Positions 28,196 through 38,057 of a stretch of 64,000 bases of DNA are shown piece by piece (the first letter of the stretch is position 1; the number at the start of each line of letters is the position of its first letter). Position numbers and translations under genes: made by a program. The stretch comes from Chrysomallon squamiferum (taxonomy: Eukaryota > Animalia > Mollusca). A model generated the notes under the pieces. It was not told the DNA's origin. It saw only the letters and a list, made by a program, of their open reading frames with translations, and did not search any database. Where the stretch lies: positions 28,520,001 through 28,584,000 of the forward strand of contig CM022670.1 in the NCBI GenBank assembly GCA_012295275.1, written 5' to 3'.

Positions 28196-31100
28196 GACAT
28201 TTAATAATATTTTACTAGTTATTTTATAATTAATGTCATAAAGTACACAGCTGTATATTGATGAAGTCAACACAGCTGTTTCTAAAATTTATTAATTCCT
28301 AGGAAACACCATCATGTTAAGAAATTTTAAAATGTTCAAACAGGACGTTAGCAAAAAACTGACACATACCCAGTCATGAAAAATAATTTTGAGAGTAACT
28401 TATACTAAAAATTGTTCTTTTAATTTTTGTTTTCATTGTTATTAACATTTGCAGGCCAACACCTCAGCCTAGACCAGAGGATGGTGATGGCAAACCAGAA
28501 TCTAAGAATTTAGCAATAGGAAAAGCAACTAAATCTGTCAGAGAGGCAAAATCGTGAGTAATAACACTTATTATTAAATAGCTCTTAAAATAGTTATATT
28601 TTTAAATAACTATTACAAAACTTACATTATTAAATAACTCTTATAACACTTGTATTATTAAATAACTCTTACAAAATTTATATTATTAATTAATTCTTTG
28701 AAAACTTACATTATTAAATAACTCATTTAACACTTATATTATAAAATAATTCTTACAAAACTTACATTATTAAATAAATCTTATGACACTTATTTTATTA
28801 AATAACTCTTACAACATCTATATTAATAAATAACTCTTAAAACATTTATTTGATTAAATAACTCTTATAACACTTGTATTATTAAACATTTAAATTAACT
28901 AAGTTAAAAATAACATTTATTTTATTAAAATAATTCTTACAAAACTTACAATTTTTAAACAAATCTTATAACACTTGTATTATTTCACAACACCGCAGTA
29001 GATAGAAGACATTTCAACCACACCCTTTTCAAGCAGGGCATTCTTATGGATACACTATTCTAGTAAAGATCCTTTACTGCTGAATTCCAAGTGCAGTATT
29101 TAGTATATTTAGTATGGTGTAAGTCAGACAAAAATGTGCTGAGTTGTCATTAAACAATTTAAATTCTTGGCAGTGCTTTTTGTAGACTTAATTTGATAAT
29201 TGTAGAGCTGTCATTTTAAACTGTCAAGAAATAAATGGATACAAATGATGTACAGGTATTATTATTGCCAACTATTAGATTAATTTTGTTATGCTTATGA
29301 TTATTGTAGTAAAATAAAAGCTCAGAAAAAGGAGGAGGAGAAACAGAAGGAGGAGGAGTTGCAGGCCCAGCTGGCAAAGGAGGCAGAGGCAGCAGATGAT
29401 AAGTTCAAGCCATTTTCTGACCCTGGGGACCCCATGTTATGTACATATATTGATGATGTCATAGAAAAGATTCAGCCATTGCCTACAAGCATGGAACAAG
29501 TGGTGGCACTCGCAGAGTAAGTTTTAAGTTTTTTTTTTTTTTACTGGATTATTTTCTTTTGAATCACTATTGATTATACTAAGATTATATGTTAAAATTA
29601 CTATAAATGTAATTTTAGCTTGTTCATTGAATGTATGTTCCACTTTTCTGAAATGCTGTTATTAGGAAATAATCTTATTGCATTTAAGCTGTTATATAAA
29701 GTGTTTGTTACTGACTGATTTCCTGCCTTTTGTGTTAATTGTTTAGAATCCAGAGTGTTAAATATGTTCCAGTTTTACTTTATGAGTGATTTGTATACAT
29801 TTTAGAATTTATATTTATTGCAGTTTTTATTATTATTTTGTTTATTTAATATTTAACTTTATTGTGCAGTGCTGTTTCAGAACTTGGCTTGAACTTGATA
29901 TTGTTACAATATTTCTGTTTGATTCCAGGTATGTATCAGATAAAATGGGAGGCCGTGTAGAAAAGGGCCAGGTTATTAACTTCAGCTGGGAACTGCCTCT
30001 GAGTCAGATTAGATACGAGCTGAAATCAAATGTCATCCCTATTGGTAAGATCAGAGCAGGAATATATATACACAGAGCTCTGCTGTTCAAAGTAAGCCAC
30101 ACTGAATTTTTAATTTAATAAATATTTTTAAAACATTTAGATAAATGTCTTTCTTTTTAGAATTTTTTATAATTATCTTCTCATGTTGATAAAAATGTTT
30201 GTAACACTTTTTTGTCTTTAATAATTAAATATTTCCCCCCCCAAAAATTAATGAATTTTTATTAATTTTAATCCTTTAATTACCTGTTATATAATGTTTA
30301 ACCTTAATGCAGTTATTGGTCAAAATAGTTTTAGTATACATTATAGCAAAATAATTCTATTTTTTCTTTCTTATTATGATTTTATTTTAATGATAATTAT
30401 ATGGCTGTGTAAATTTCCATTAAAAAGTGTGCGGAAATAATATACATACGGATAAATATTAAAAACATGTAATTATGATTTCATAAAACTTTTACAGAAA
30501 TTGAAAAATTCTGTTCTTCTACCTCTTCTTTATGCTATTATTATTATAATAATTGTTTTTTTATTGTTATTATTACTGTTGTTTTTGTTATTATTACTAT
30601 TATTATTTTAAATATTATTATCATTATTATGACTGTTATTATTATTATAGTTCTGTTATTATGTTGTAGGCATTGGCTGATCGTATAGGTATTTGCTGCA
30701 CTCTGACAAGAGGCGAGTACAATCATGCATGGAACCAAGTGATGATTGCCGAGGAAGATAACTCTGTAAGTTTATAACTTTATTTTATTTTTGTTCATTT
30801 TTACTGTACATTTAACTCAAATAGCATCCATTATTTCCCAGTTATATTTTTATAGGCTGCGTTAATGTTTATATAATAATAAGTGTATTTTTATTTCAAG
30901 ATCTAAACTGTATTTTAGTCAATACCTGACAGCTGTACTTGTCTGCTGCTGCTGATCGGTTATTGTTAGTGTTCAGTAGTAAATAAAGAAAACTGATAAA
31001 ATTTTATTTACTTAAAATTACATGTCCTGTCATATGTTTAATATAACAAGATGACAAATGATTATTCATTTGTAATTATATTTTATTATACTGCCTTTCC

Positions 31101-31326
31101 TTTTATTTATTTATTTTTTTATTATTATTTTTTTCAGTTGTTATTGTTATCATTATCATTATTATTATTGTTATTACGGTTATTGTTGTTGCTGTTACTT
31201 TTATTTTATTTTCAGCCTGAGTTTCCAAAGTTTCCACCAAAGGCATACATTGTGGATCTGATGCATGAGCCAGGTCAGCTGATACCAGTGGATGCACCTG
31301 AAGCTCTTCTCTACACACACATTTAA
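17129..31326 (+). CDS. ARMC3: Armadillo repeat-containing protein 3 (whole spliced CDS, 21 core exons, about 879 aa)
   Basis: Joined exons 17129-17176,17350-17467,17852-17977,18309-18380,18667-18842,19164-19290,19783-19922,20294-20423,20664-20777,21324-21476,21739-21847,22160-22336,22861-22933,23461-23597,24167-24291,24706-24844,28455-28553,29310-29516,29929-30091,30670-30765,31216-31326. Total 2640 nt, all GT-AG, phases consistent. Protein starts MGKKIKEDKKAPPDDVFDPLLVESRQAATVVLMLSSPEE and ends ...HRALLFKALADRIG...YIVDLMHEPG...LYTHI, collinear with vertebrate ARMC3 as I recall it (MGKKIKKEVEPPPKDVFDPLMIESKKAATVVLMLNSPEE...). Confidence 0.96.
17350..17467 (+). CDS. ARMC3: ARMC3 exon 2 (FDPLLVESRQAATVVLML...YKFVEK)
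   Basis: tttag / gtaagt, phase 0 to 1. Confidence 0.95.
17852..17977 (+). CDS. ARMC3: ARMC3 exon 3 (DVNKKVLLDLDAIDPLLKL...MSAS)
   Basis: tatag / gtaagg, phase 1 to 1. Confidence 0.94.
18309..18380 (+). CDS. ARMC3: ARMC3 exon 4 (EVRKVLRKREESIQTFVNLLQPE)
   Basis: tgcag / gtaatt. Confidence 0.92.
18667..18842 (+). CDS. ARMC3: ARMC3 exon 5 (DTVIHEFSALAL...FEHGGVEALVRC...QMLL)
   Basis: ttcag / gtaggt. Confidence 0.95.
19164..19290 (+). CDS. ARMC3: ARMC3 exon 6 (DYQTRGAI...LDLLKSEFPIIQKLAL)
   Basis: attag / gtaaga. Confidence 0.95.
19783..19922 (+). CDS. ARMC3: ARMC3 exon 7 (DNRAKLRELEAV...LEDLECLE)
   Basis: tgaag / gtattg; lies inside supplied ORF 19536..19952. Confidence 0.94.
20294..20423 (+). 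CDS. ARMC3: ARMC3 exon 8 (QIKESGGLKKL...KKSAKG)
   Basis: attag / gtgagt. Confidence 0.92.
20664..20777 (+). CDS. ARMC3: ARMC3 exon 9 (AKKHEEKED...PTLPDVKRFAAKAIARSARS)
   Basis: ttcag / gtatgc. Confidence 0.92.
20872..21170. repeat. Intronic tandem duplication of about 160 bp
   Basis: Two copies of aaaaata.caaca..atttactgtgattg...ttaaaacataata.aaaacata. Confidence 0.8.
21324..21476 (+). CDS. ARMC3: ARMC3 exon 10 (ENRKVLHEQECEKML...SIKEW)
   Basis: tacag / gtaaca. Confidence 0.95.
21739..21847 (+). CDS. ARMC3: ARMC3 exon 11 (GLPPLIKML...VKEAATLALSNL)
   Basis: ttcag / gtaagt. Confidence 0.94.
22160..22336 (+). CDS. ARMC3: ARMC3 exon 12 (EIMNLGGVEALINVL...IDPLKS)
   Basis: taaag / gtgagt. Confidence 0.94.
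22395..22720. repeat. Degenerate intronic minisatellite (tacattaaaacaaa.taaagtatttt)
   Basis: About 7 recurrences of ttaaaacaaa...aagtattt. Confidence 0.75.
22861..22933 (+). CDS. ARMC3: ARMC3 exon 13 (NTFVQSRAALAVSAYVCDANSRAE)
   Basis: tgtag / gtattc. Confidence 0.93.
23461..23597 (+). CDS. ARMC3: ARMC3 exon 14 (FRLSGGVEPLVMLL...EISKL)
   Basis: ttaag / gtgagt. Confidence 0.94.
24167..24291 (+). CDS. ARMC3: ARMC3 exon 15 (GLEILKEI...LLDNNLSAKYAMSGHL)
   Basis: tgaag / gtttgt. Confidence 0.93.
24410..24705 (+). repeat. Decayed tandem copies of the ARMC3 exon-16 acceptor plus exon start
   Basis: For example tttatag|atattaaaaattagtaagagataatttcataatctg versus the real tttacag|atataaataacttaataagagatggtttcattgactg. 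Confidence 0.8.
24706..24844 (+). CDS. ARMC3: ARMC3 exon 16 (INNLIRDGFIDCGQ...RPVILINAKP)
   Basis: tacag / gtaagt. Confidence 0.93.
24918..25415 (+). repeat. Degenerate 55-65 bp tandem array ending in the candidate microexon
   Basis: Units of tttcatatc.tttggtgtcact.tgaagtactgaactgt. Confidence 0.75.
25386..25409 (+). CDS. ARMC3: Candidate 24-nt ARMC3 microexon (NQPENSE)
   Basis: tctttag / ag|gtactc. Phase 2 to 2 like the flanking exons, and open in frame. Confidence 0.4.
26341..26445 (+). CDS. ARMC3: Candidate ARMC3 linker exon (KVEQTEPEKPATPEPLAESKQDPQGVVWKSILKK)
   Basis: ttaacag acceptor and an open Pro/Glu-rich frame in phase 2. The best-looking frame-preserving donor is a weak aa|gtatat at 26446, so the 3' end is uncertain. 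Confidence 0.5.
28147..28190. repeat. (CT)n microsatellite
   Basis: Direct reading. Confidence 0.97.
28455..28553 (+). CDS. ARMC3: ARMC3 linker exon (PTPQPRPEDGDGKPESK...REAK)
   Basis: tgcag / gtgagt, 99 nt, phase 2 to 2. Confidence 0.85.
28560..28985. repeat. 27-28 bp minisatellite, about 15 copies (acacttatattattaaataactcttata)
   Basis: Starts immediately after the 28553 donor; units are clearly alignable. Confidence 0.92.
28985..29160 (+). mobile_element. Old SINE-like fragment (core and 3' tail aaaatgtgctgagttgtcattaaac)
   Basis: Shares the aaagatcc.ttgctgct-type core with other dispersed fragments in the window. Confidence 0.4.
29310..29516 (+). CDS. ARMC3: ARMC3 exon (KIKAQKKEEEKQKEEE...EQVVALA)
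   Basis: tgtag / gtaagt. Confidence 0.93.
29929..30091 (+). CDS. ARMC3: ARMC3 exon, EDR1-like domain (YVSDKMGG...HRALLFK)
   Basis: tccag / gtaagc. Confidence 0.96.
30670..30765 (+). CDS. ARMC3: ARMC3 exon (ALADRIGICCTLTRGEYNHAWNQV...)
   Basis: tgtag / gtaagt. Confidence 0.95.
31216..31326 (+). CDS. ARMC3: ARMC3 last coding exon (PEFPKFPPKAYIVDLMHEPG...YTHI*)
   Basis: ttcag acceptor, TAA stop at 31324-31326. Confidence 0.95.
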   Translation, partial: PEFPKFPPKAYIVDLMHEPGQLIPVDAPEALLYTHI

Positions 31327-31394
31327 CCTGTACTTTATATAAGATTTCTTGTACCTCATTCATCATTTTACTGAGACAGACCTTTTGAAAGAAC

Positions 31395-31840
31395 CTAATC
31401 ATGAAAATACACTTAGTCATTAAAGTGTATGACATTAATTGTATGTTCTTTGAATTGTCATGTAATGCACCTAGCTGATGAAGAAAGTCTTTCCTACTAA
31501 AAATATTCTTTATCTCAGAAAGTGAAACATATCAAATATCAACTTTCATAAAATAAATAAATCATAAAAGTATATGATTCAAATTATACATTCTCGGAAT
31601 TGATAAAAAATGCACCTAGTGGATGAAGATGATCTTGCATAGTACAAATATTCTGTTTCTGAAAGTTCAATCATGAAAGTGATAATACTACTAATTGTAA
31701 TGTTTTTTGAAGTGTTAAGTAATGCATGTAGTAGATAAAGGTCTTTGCTGGAAACATAAAGATGAGTATTTACTACATCATGAAATCATGAAATTGTATG
31801 GCACAAATTATGAGATGTTTAAATAGTCATGTGATATTCC
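31395..31840. repeat. Degenerate 110-145 bp tandem repeat in the ARMC3 3' UTR region
   Basis: aatgcacctag.tgatgaag-like anchors at 31464, 31609 and 31721. Confidence 0.75.
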
Positions 31841-34800
31841 TGGTATTAGAATAATAAAAAAATGTATATCTCTCACATAAACAAGGAAAACATCAGTTTC
31901 AGAGATTTTTTAAAATTTTCATAGTTTATTTCTCAATCAGTGATTGAAACGGTGAAGAGTAAAATTGTCTCATGTTATCTTGGTTGTATAGATAAAATTA
32001 TTAATGGCAAATACATTTGGCAAATTGTGGAGGATATGTTTTAATCTGAATTATATGTAAATTTGTAATTTAGTTTTGACTCAGTTGCAGTTTCCACTTC
32101 ACTTAGTAAATGTGTGCTTTTGTTTATTCATCTAAATTTATTAACCTTTATTTTCTAGATATTTATTTTCTCTGTCTGTAAATGAAATATGTTAAATCTT
32201 ATTAATTACAAGTACAGGCTATTCAAGTTTCAATACAGGTTTGATATTAAGACTTAATGTTTCGGTGACAAAAATAATTTCTATTTCCCATTTAATATAT
32301 AGTAATATGTCATCGTTACCATTATTTTAAAATTAATAATTTTAGAATAATTTGCACTAAGTTTTGAAATATGGATAAGTAAAAATCATATTGTTACATT
32401 GTTAAATGAAAATTGGATAAATTCTCTTCTTCTTTAATTACAAATTAATACAAAAATATTAGTGCAATTAGTCTTGATTGGTGATTCATATATTATACAG
32501 AAGTATGCACAAATACCTGTGTTTAATTCATCACATTATCACATATCAGTTAATAACCATTCCTCCAAAGTGAAATTAAAATATTTAGTTTTTCATTACC
32601 ATATATAATTTCTTTGTATTATTTTGATGTTTTGTGTATGGTTGAAGAAAGATTACAAATATAAATGTCTATCTAGTTGAAACTATTTATAATTTTTAGT
32701 TTTAATTATCTGTTTATTGCATCTCAAATATTTCAGTATTTCTACAAAATTATTTGTTATTTGTAATATATATATTAAAAGTATTATAAATAAAATTTAT
32801 TTTTGTATATTGTTAATTTAATGTGTTTTTAAATTAAATTTTTTAAATTTCTTTTTTAGACAGATAATAATTATATTTATAAATGTTATTATCTGTTCAC
32901 TGTAAACCAATGCAAATGTTAAAATTTTTTATTTTTTTTTTATTATTTTTTAAAATTCATTTAATGTGATACTACTTGTTATGAAGTCAATAATTATACT
33001 TTTTTTTTTGTAGGTAATTCTGTATAATGTGTCCTATTATTATTATTATTATTATTATTTCATTTTCTGTGATGGAAATAAAATTGTCCCAGCAAGCCTG
33101 TGATCACAAAAACACAGAACAGTAACAATATGCAATGTTCATAATGTTTTATCACATTGTTTCTTTTATTTACTATTTTAATATGGTGTTACATGAAGAT
33201 ATACAAGTAAGTGAAAATGTTTATATTTTACTCGATAATAAAATGTTCATATATTATTGATAAATTTGTTCATGAGTTTTTGCAGCTTTGTTTAGCTTCG
33301 TAATTAATTCTGGTACATTTAGAACTTTGAACGATAATTGTTTTAAATTACTTATTTAATATAATTGAATTGGCAAAATATAACGGCAAACATAATTCTG
33401 TTCTTCAAATGGCTTCCTTCACTGATTAGCAGAATGGACAAGGAAATGCATACCATCTAGTTTGATTACTAGTTATGGAGTCCATTCTTAAACAGAAAAT
33501 ATTCCACAAACCAAACAAGATTGTTCTATAGTCCACTAATTAAAGGAAACTGAGATCCTAAAATGAAAACACACTATAATAGTCTACAGGCCTACATAAA
33601 TTTGTATTCATCTGTTTGGATATAACATACAACATTGGTTAAGTATTTGTTAATGTTTATCTCTGTAAATCCTGGCTATTTTCTACCAAGTAAGGAGTCT
33701 AAATTATATTAATTAGCTACCTATTGAATCGATATAAAATATTGGCATGTCATTAGTTATATAAGTAAAGATGAACAAATTGTTGTTGTTGTTATTGTTA
33801 TTAAAATTAAAATTAATATTCCACACTGTGTTTGAACGTAAAGACATAATTACAATTAAATGGCTTTGTAGACATTTGCTATAAATTATACACATGGGTC
33901 TTGTGCAAAACAGATATGAAATTCATAGACACAACCCTCGTTCTGTAAACGATTGACAAACACTGGACATCCGAGACCAATTAAACACTTAAGTTAAACA
34001 TGTCCCTCACTCAGAGATTTGTATTCTAGTCTGTACATCAAGCATCATCATCTGGTCCAGGCTATTACAAATATTTGTATTTCATCAGAGTCCAGATAAC
34101 GCTGGACGACTGGCTTGATTGTTTTATGCAAAAATCCATCAAAAAAGCATTCACTGCTGACGACCTACGACTTTGTTAATCTCTTCTGCGATTAACGAAT
34201 CTGCGGCCGCACAACGTTGGAAGTATCGTGATTAACAATGTAGGTATGTCCCAACACGTTCCCTCTGTGATGCTTACTGAGTTACTCGCGAGATGACTGC
34301 CAGTTTTAATGTTGTTTGAGCTTGTATTGTAATCTGGAGATAACATACTGCCCACTGTTTAATGGCTGTAGCAGGAGTGTCTGTAGTGAATTGCCGCAAA
34401 CTATCTCTTTAATAGGAAAATTATAATATAAGTACTTGTTTATCAAACACAGATTTTGAAGATTGTTGTTGTCCATACACTTATGGAAGTGGCCACTGTA
34501 TACATACTGTGAAAGTAATAATTATTATCTGAAGACATTTTATTGGTTGGAATCACTTCTGATAATGTCCACTGTATATGTATTTCAATACTAATATTAG
34601 GTGAAGTGATTTTTATTGGTCATACCCTAATGACAGTGGAATATTTTGACGCTAATATTTTCCACAATGACCTATCTTAATGAGGTTCCATCTTTCAAAG
34701 CAACGATGGAAACGCAAATATTTCGCTGTTTAAATTAGTAATCTGACAATATTCATATACTGCTCAGGGTCTATACACCTTTTGAGTTCATTGTTGCTTT

Positions 34801-36321
34801 GAAGAGATTCTTGGAGAAAACTAATAATACAAATATTTGTACCAGTCTGTTTTAATCAGTAATAAATTAATGTATACAGTTCAGAGAAAAACATTTCCAA
34901 GAACGTATATTTCAACGTTCAAACATACAATCTTTTTAAATATGAATTTTAAAAGTCAACAGTTTTATTGAACTTTCTGACGACAGAAAATGTATATTCT
35001 GCATCCTTTTATAAAAAACATGTTAACAGTTAAAAGTTAGTGGATTCTTTTAAAAACGAAAATTAAAGAGCCGCGAATGATGGAATCCATATTATTTAAT
35101 ACAAATGAATAAAATACACATTAACAGATAAATCTAAATAAAAAACGTAATTTTGTTTTAAAATTTTAACTTATCGAGAAACTTTATATTTCAAAAATCT
35201 GACATACTGGATTTTATTTTAGATTTTATAAATACTACTGGTTTAATCTGTATTATTCTGAAAAATAAAGAATCTGCAGTTTTAGGATTTTTCTTCGGCT
35301 TAATCAAATACGTACTAACGATTTCTGATCTTTTACTGAATTCTCACTGCATAGTTCAAGTAGACCAACAAGGAATATTATTTTTATGATTAATGATAAC
35401 AGAAACCAATTAGTATCCTGAAGGATGGTTTTATGAATCGTGCAACTAACTAACATGGCATGTTTTTAGTGTGATTCAATGATTTACGAACCTGTCGAAT
35501 TGCTTGTTTACTGAAACGATTGAGACTACACTTAATTTCTGTTTGGCTTTATAACAAACTACATATGGCCTGCATGGTTAAGAATTTAACATTGCTCGTA
35601 TTTAACTGTCGAAGCAATATTCTGGCGTAATACAGAGTACGCTTTAATAAAATTTGTTTATAATGAAGATATTAATTTGTATAAGATGAAGAATCTGTGT
35701 TGACCTGAAGCATTATTTATTAACAACAGTGGTGATAGCAAAAACAATAGCAATTGCCAGCCACCACCACCAACAATAACAACAACAGCTATAATAATAA
35801 CAATAATTAATAATAATAATTCTGATTTCCGGTTATGTTACCATTCTGTTTTACTTAATTTTACAGAATAAATGTTTACGTCTATTTATGCATACATTAA
35901 ACAAAAATAATAAATAAAATTGGATTGAACATCAAATATATCAAGCACAAATATTATTTTTATCTTTAAAAATAGAATAAAAACTTTGCAGTATTATATT
36001 TTATTATCTGGATATTATCAACGAATTGAATTTTATCATGTACATGTATTATTTTAATTATTACAGACAATACAATGTTGTATTTTACAATAAAACAACA
36101 GAACCCTAAACATTCTAAAATTATTTTTATTCATAGAAAAAAAAAAAAAAAACACGAAATAAATATAATAATTGATATCTATTCTAAATATTCACTTGCA
36201 CCTCTCTGTTTATTCATCTCATAATTTTATTTCGTCTGAAAATGTTTCACATCAGTAGACTCCATAATAATCGTTCACCCGGCGACAAAGATGGTCAATA
36301 ATAATAATAGAAGTAGTAGCA

Positions 36322-36369
<48 letters not shown>

Positions 36370-36765
36370 CCAAGGGGAAAAATACAACCCCCCAAACAAC
36401 AACACTAAAAGGCCACCAGTTGAGCTAGTAATGTTAATATGAGTCCAGCTAAACAGTGTGGTGTCATTTTGACAGTCTAGCTGTAGATTTAACTAATACC
36501 AGCCCAAAGGATTATTACATATTCAGAATTTATTCCGCAGTCTCTTTGGCGTGACATAAAAACTTAGAAAACTGACAGACACACAGTGTGTTCAGACACA
36601 TTTACAGGAATGAAAATTATTACACCTCAAACCAACCATACATCTGTTAATGAGATCAAGTTTAAAACAAAGCATACCTTTGTCCGTTCGTCAGTCAGTT
36701 CTTTCTACACAGGAATATATTATATACATAAGTACAAAGATATACCCAAATATTTATATCTACTC

Positions 36766-36766
<1 letters not shown>

Positions 36767-36840
<74 letters not shown>

Positions 36841-36842
36841 TA

Positions 36843-36884
<42 letters not shown>

Positions 36885-36935
36885 AACAAATAAATAATAA
36901 TAATAAATAATAATAATAATAAATAAATAAAATAA
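36767..36935. repeat. (TAAA)n/(TAA)n compound microsatellite
   Basis: Direct reading. Confidence 0.95.
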
Positions 36936-37635
36936 AATTTAGATTTTGCATATACATATTTATTTTGGTTTAAATTGTCTCGATAGATGTCAAATGAAGA
37001 ACTGACCAATCAGAAATGGTGCTAAATGATGACGACATATGAAATAAAAATGATGTAAATCATTGCACCTATTTTTTTCTACACTGTTGAACATCTTGTT
37101 ACATAGACTTATATCTCACAACCTGTATTTAATAAATTTAATAAATATTTACACATTAAATTGGCATTAATGTAGAAATGAAATTTTAGTAGTAGTCTTA
37201 ATGGTGATGTATTTGTTTACAGATGAAATCAATTTTGCTTGTCTGAAGCACTTTTTACTAAAATCTATCACACAAAAAGACCTTTAAACATCTGAATTTG
37301 TTATAAATTGACTTGAAAATGGAATACTGTCAAATGGAATCTGATGTTTAAAGTATTTCACAGAACAAAACACAAACAAGGAAAGAGCAATATCACTAGT
37401 TCGACATCCTCACCATTAAGATTAAAATCCATCCGCGAATTTACTATTGACTGATAATAATCAGTTAAGAATTTGGCACTTGGTAATGCAATGTCACAGC
37501 TGGGATGTTTTGATGTAGCTTTCAGAATGTAAACTAAATGTCGTAAAAATTCTACAAATAAAACTGTTATCTCAAATATCCAAATTGAAGCCTTATGTCA
37601 GGTAATCACATTGCCATAATGGTTACATATCGCAA

Positions 37636-37808
37636 CGGGCGAATCTGTGGAAATTGGGGAACCGTTTGTATTATTAATTAATTTTTTTCCTTATAGTTAT
37701 AGTCTATTGACTAAAATACCTATTTTATTTATTTATTTATTGTAAGAGTTTGTAGTAAATTACTGATTATCTAGTCCCCTTCATTGAACGTCCTGGATTC
37801 TGCCCCGA
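37636..37808. mobile_element. MITE-like relic with degenerate GC-rich terminal inverted repeats
   Basis: Left end cgggcgaatctgtgg...ggggaac; right end gtcccc...cctggattctgccccg (reverse complement cggggcagaatccagg...ggggac). AT-rich interior. Confidence 0.4.
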
Positions 37809-37979
37809 ATGAACATCAGTCAATAAATGTGCTTCATTTGTAATTCCTGCAAATTATAACCACTTTAGCCAAGAGATTAGATACAACAGACACAAACGAC
37901 TGCAGTGTGACCAGCAATCACGCAGAAACAATCACTGAAAAATGTCGATAGACTGCACAGCTACCGAATAAAATCAGCA

Positions 37980-38057
37980 TCAAAGAAAACTTTCCTTCTC
38001 CACTCTCACTACAGGCCGATCGTGCACTACTGCATTGTTCACGTCGTTCTTTTCAGG
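37980..38057 (-). CDS. iGluR last coding exon (PEKNDV...EKESFL*)
   Basis: gttttcag acceptor, phase 0, ends in a class I PDZ-ligand-like ESFL followed by TGA. Confidence 0.75.
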   Translation of the reverse strand, partial: PEKNDVNNAVVHDRPVVRVEKESFL

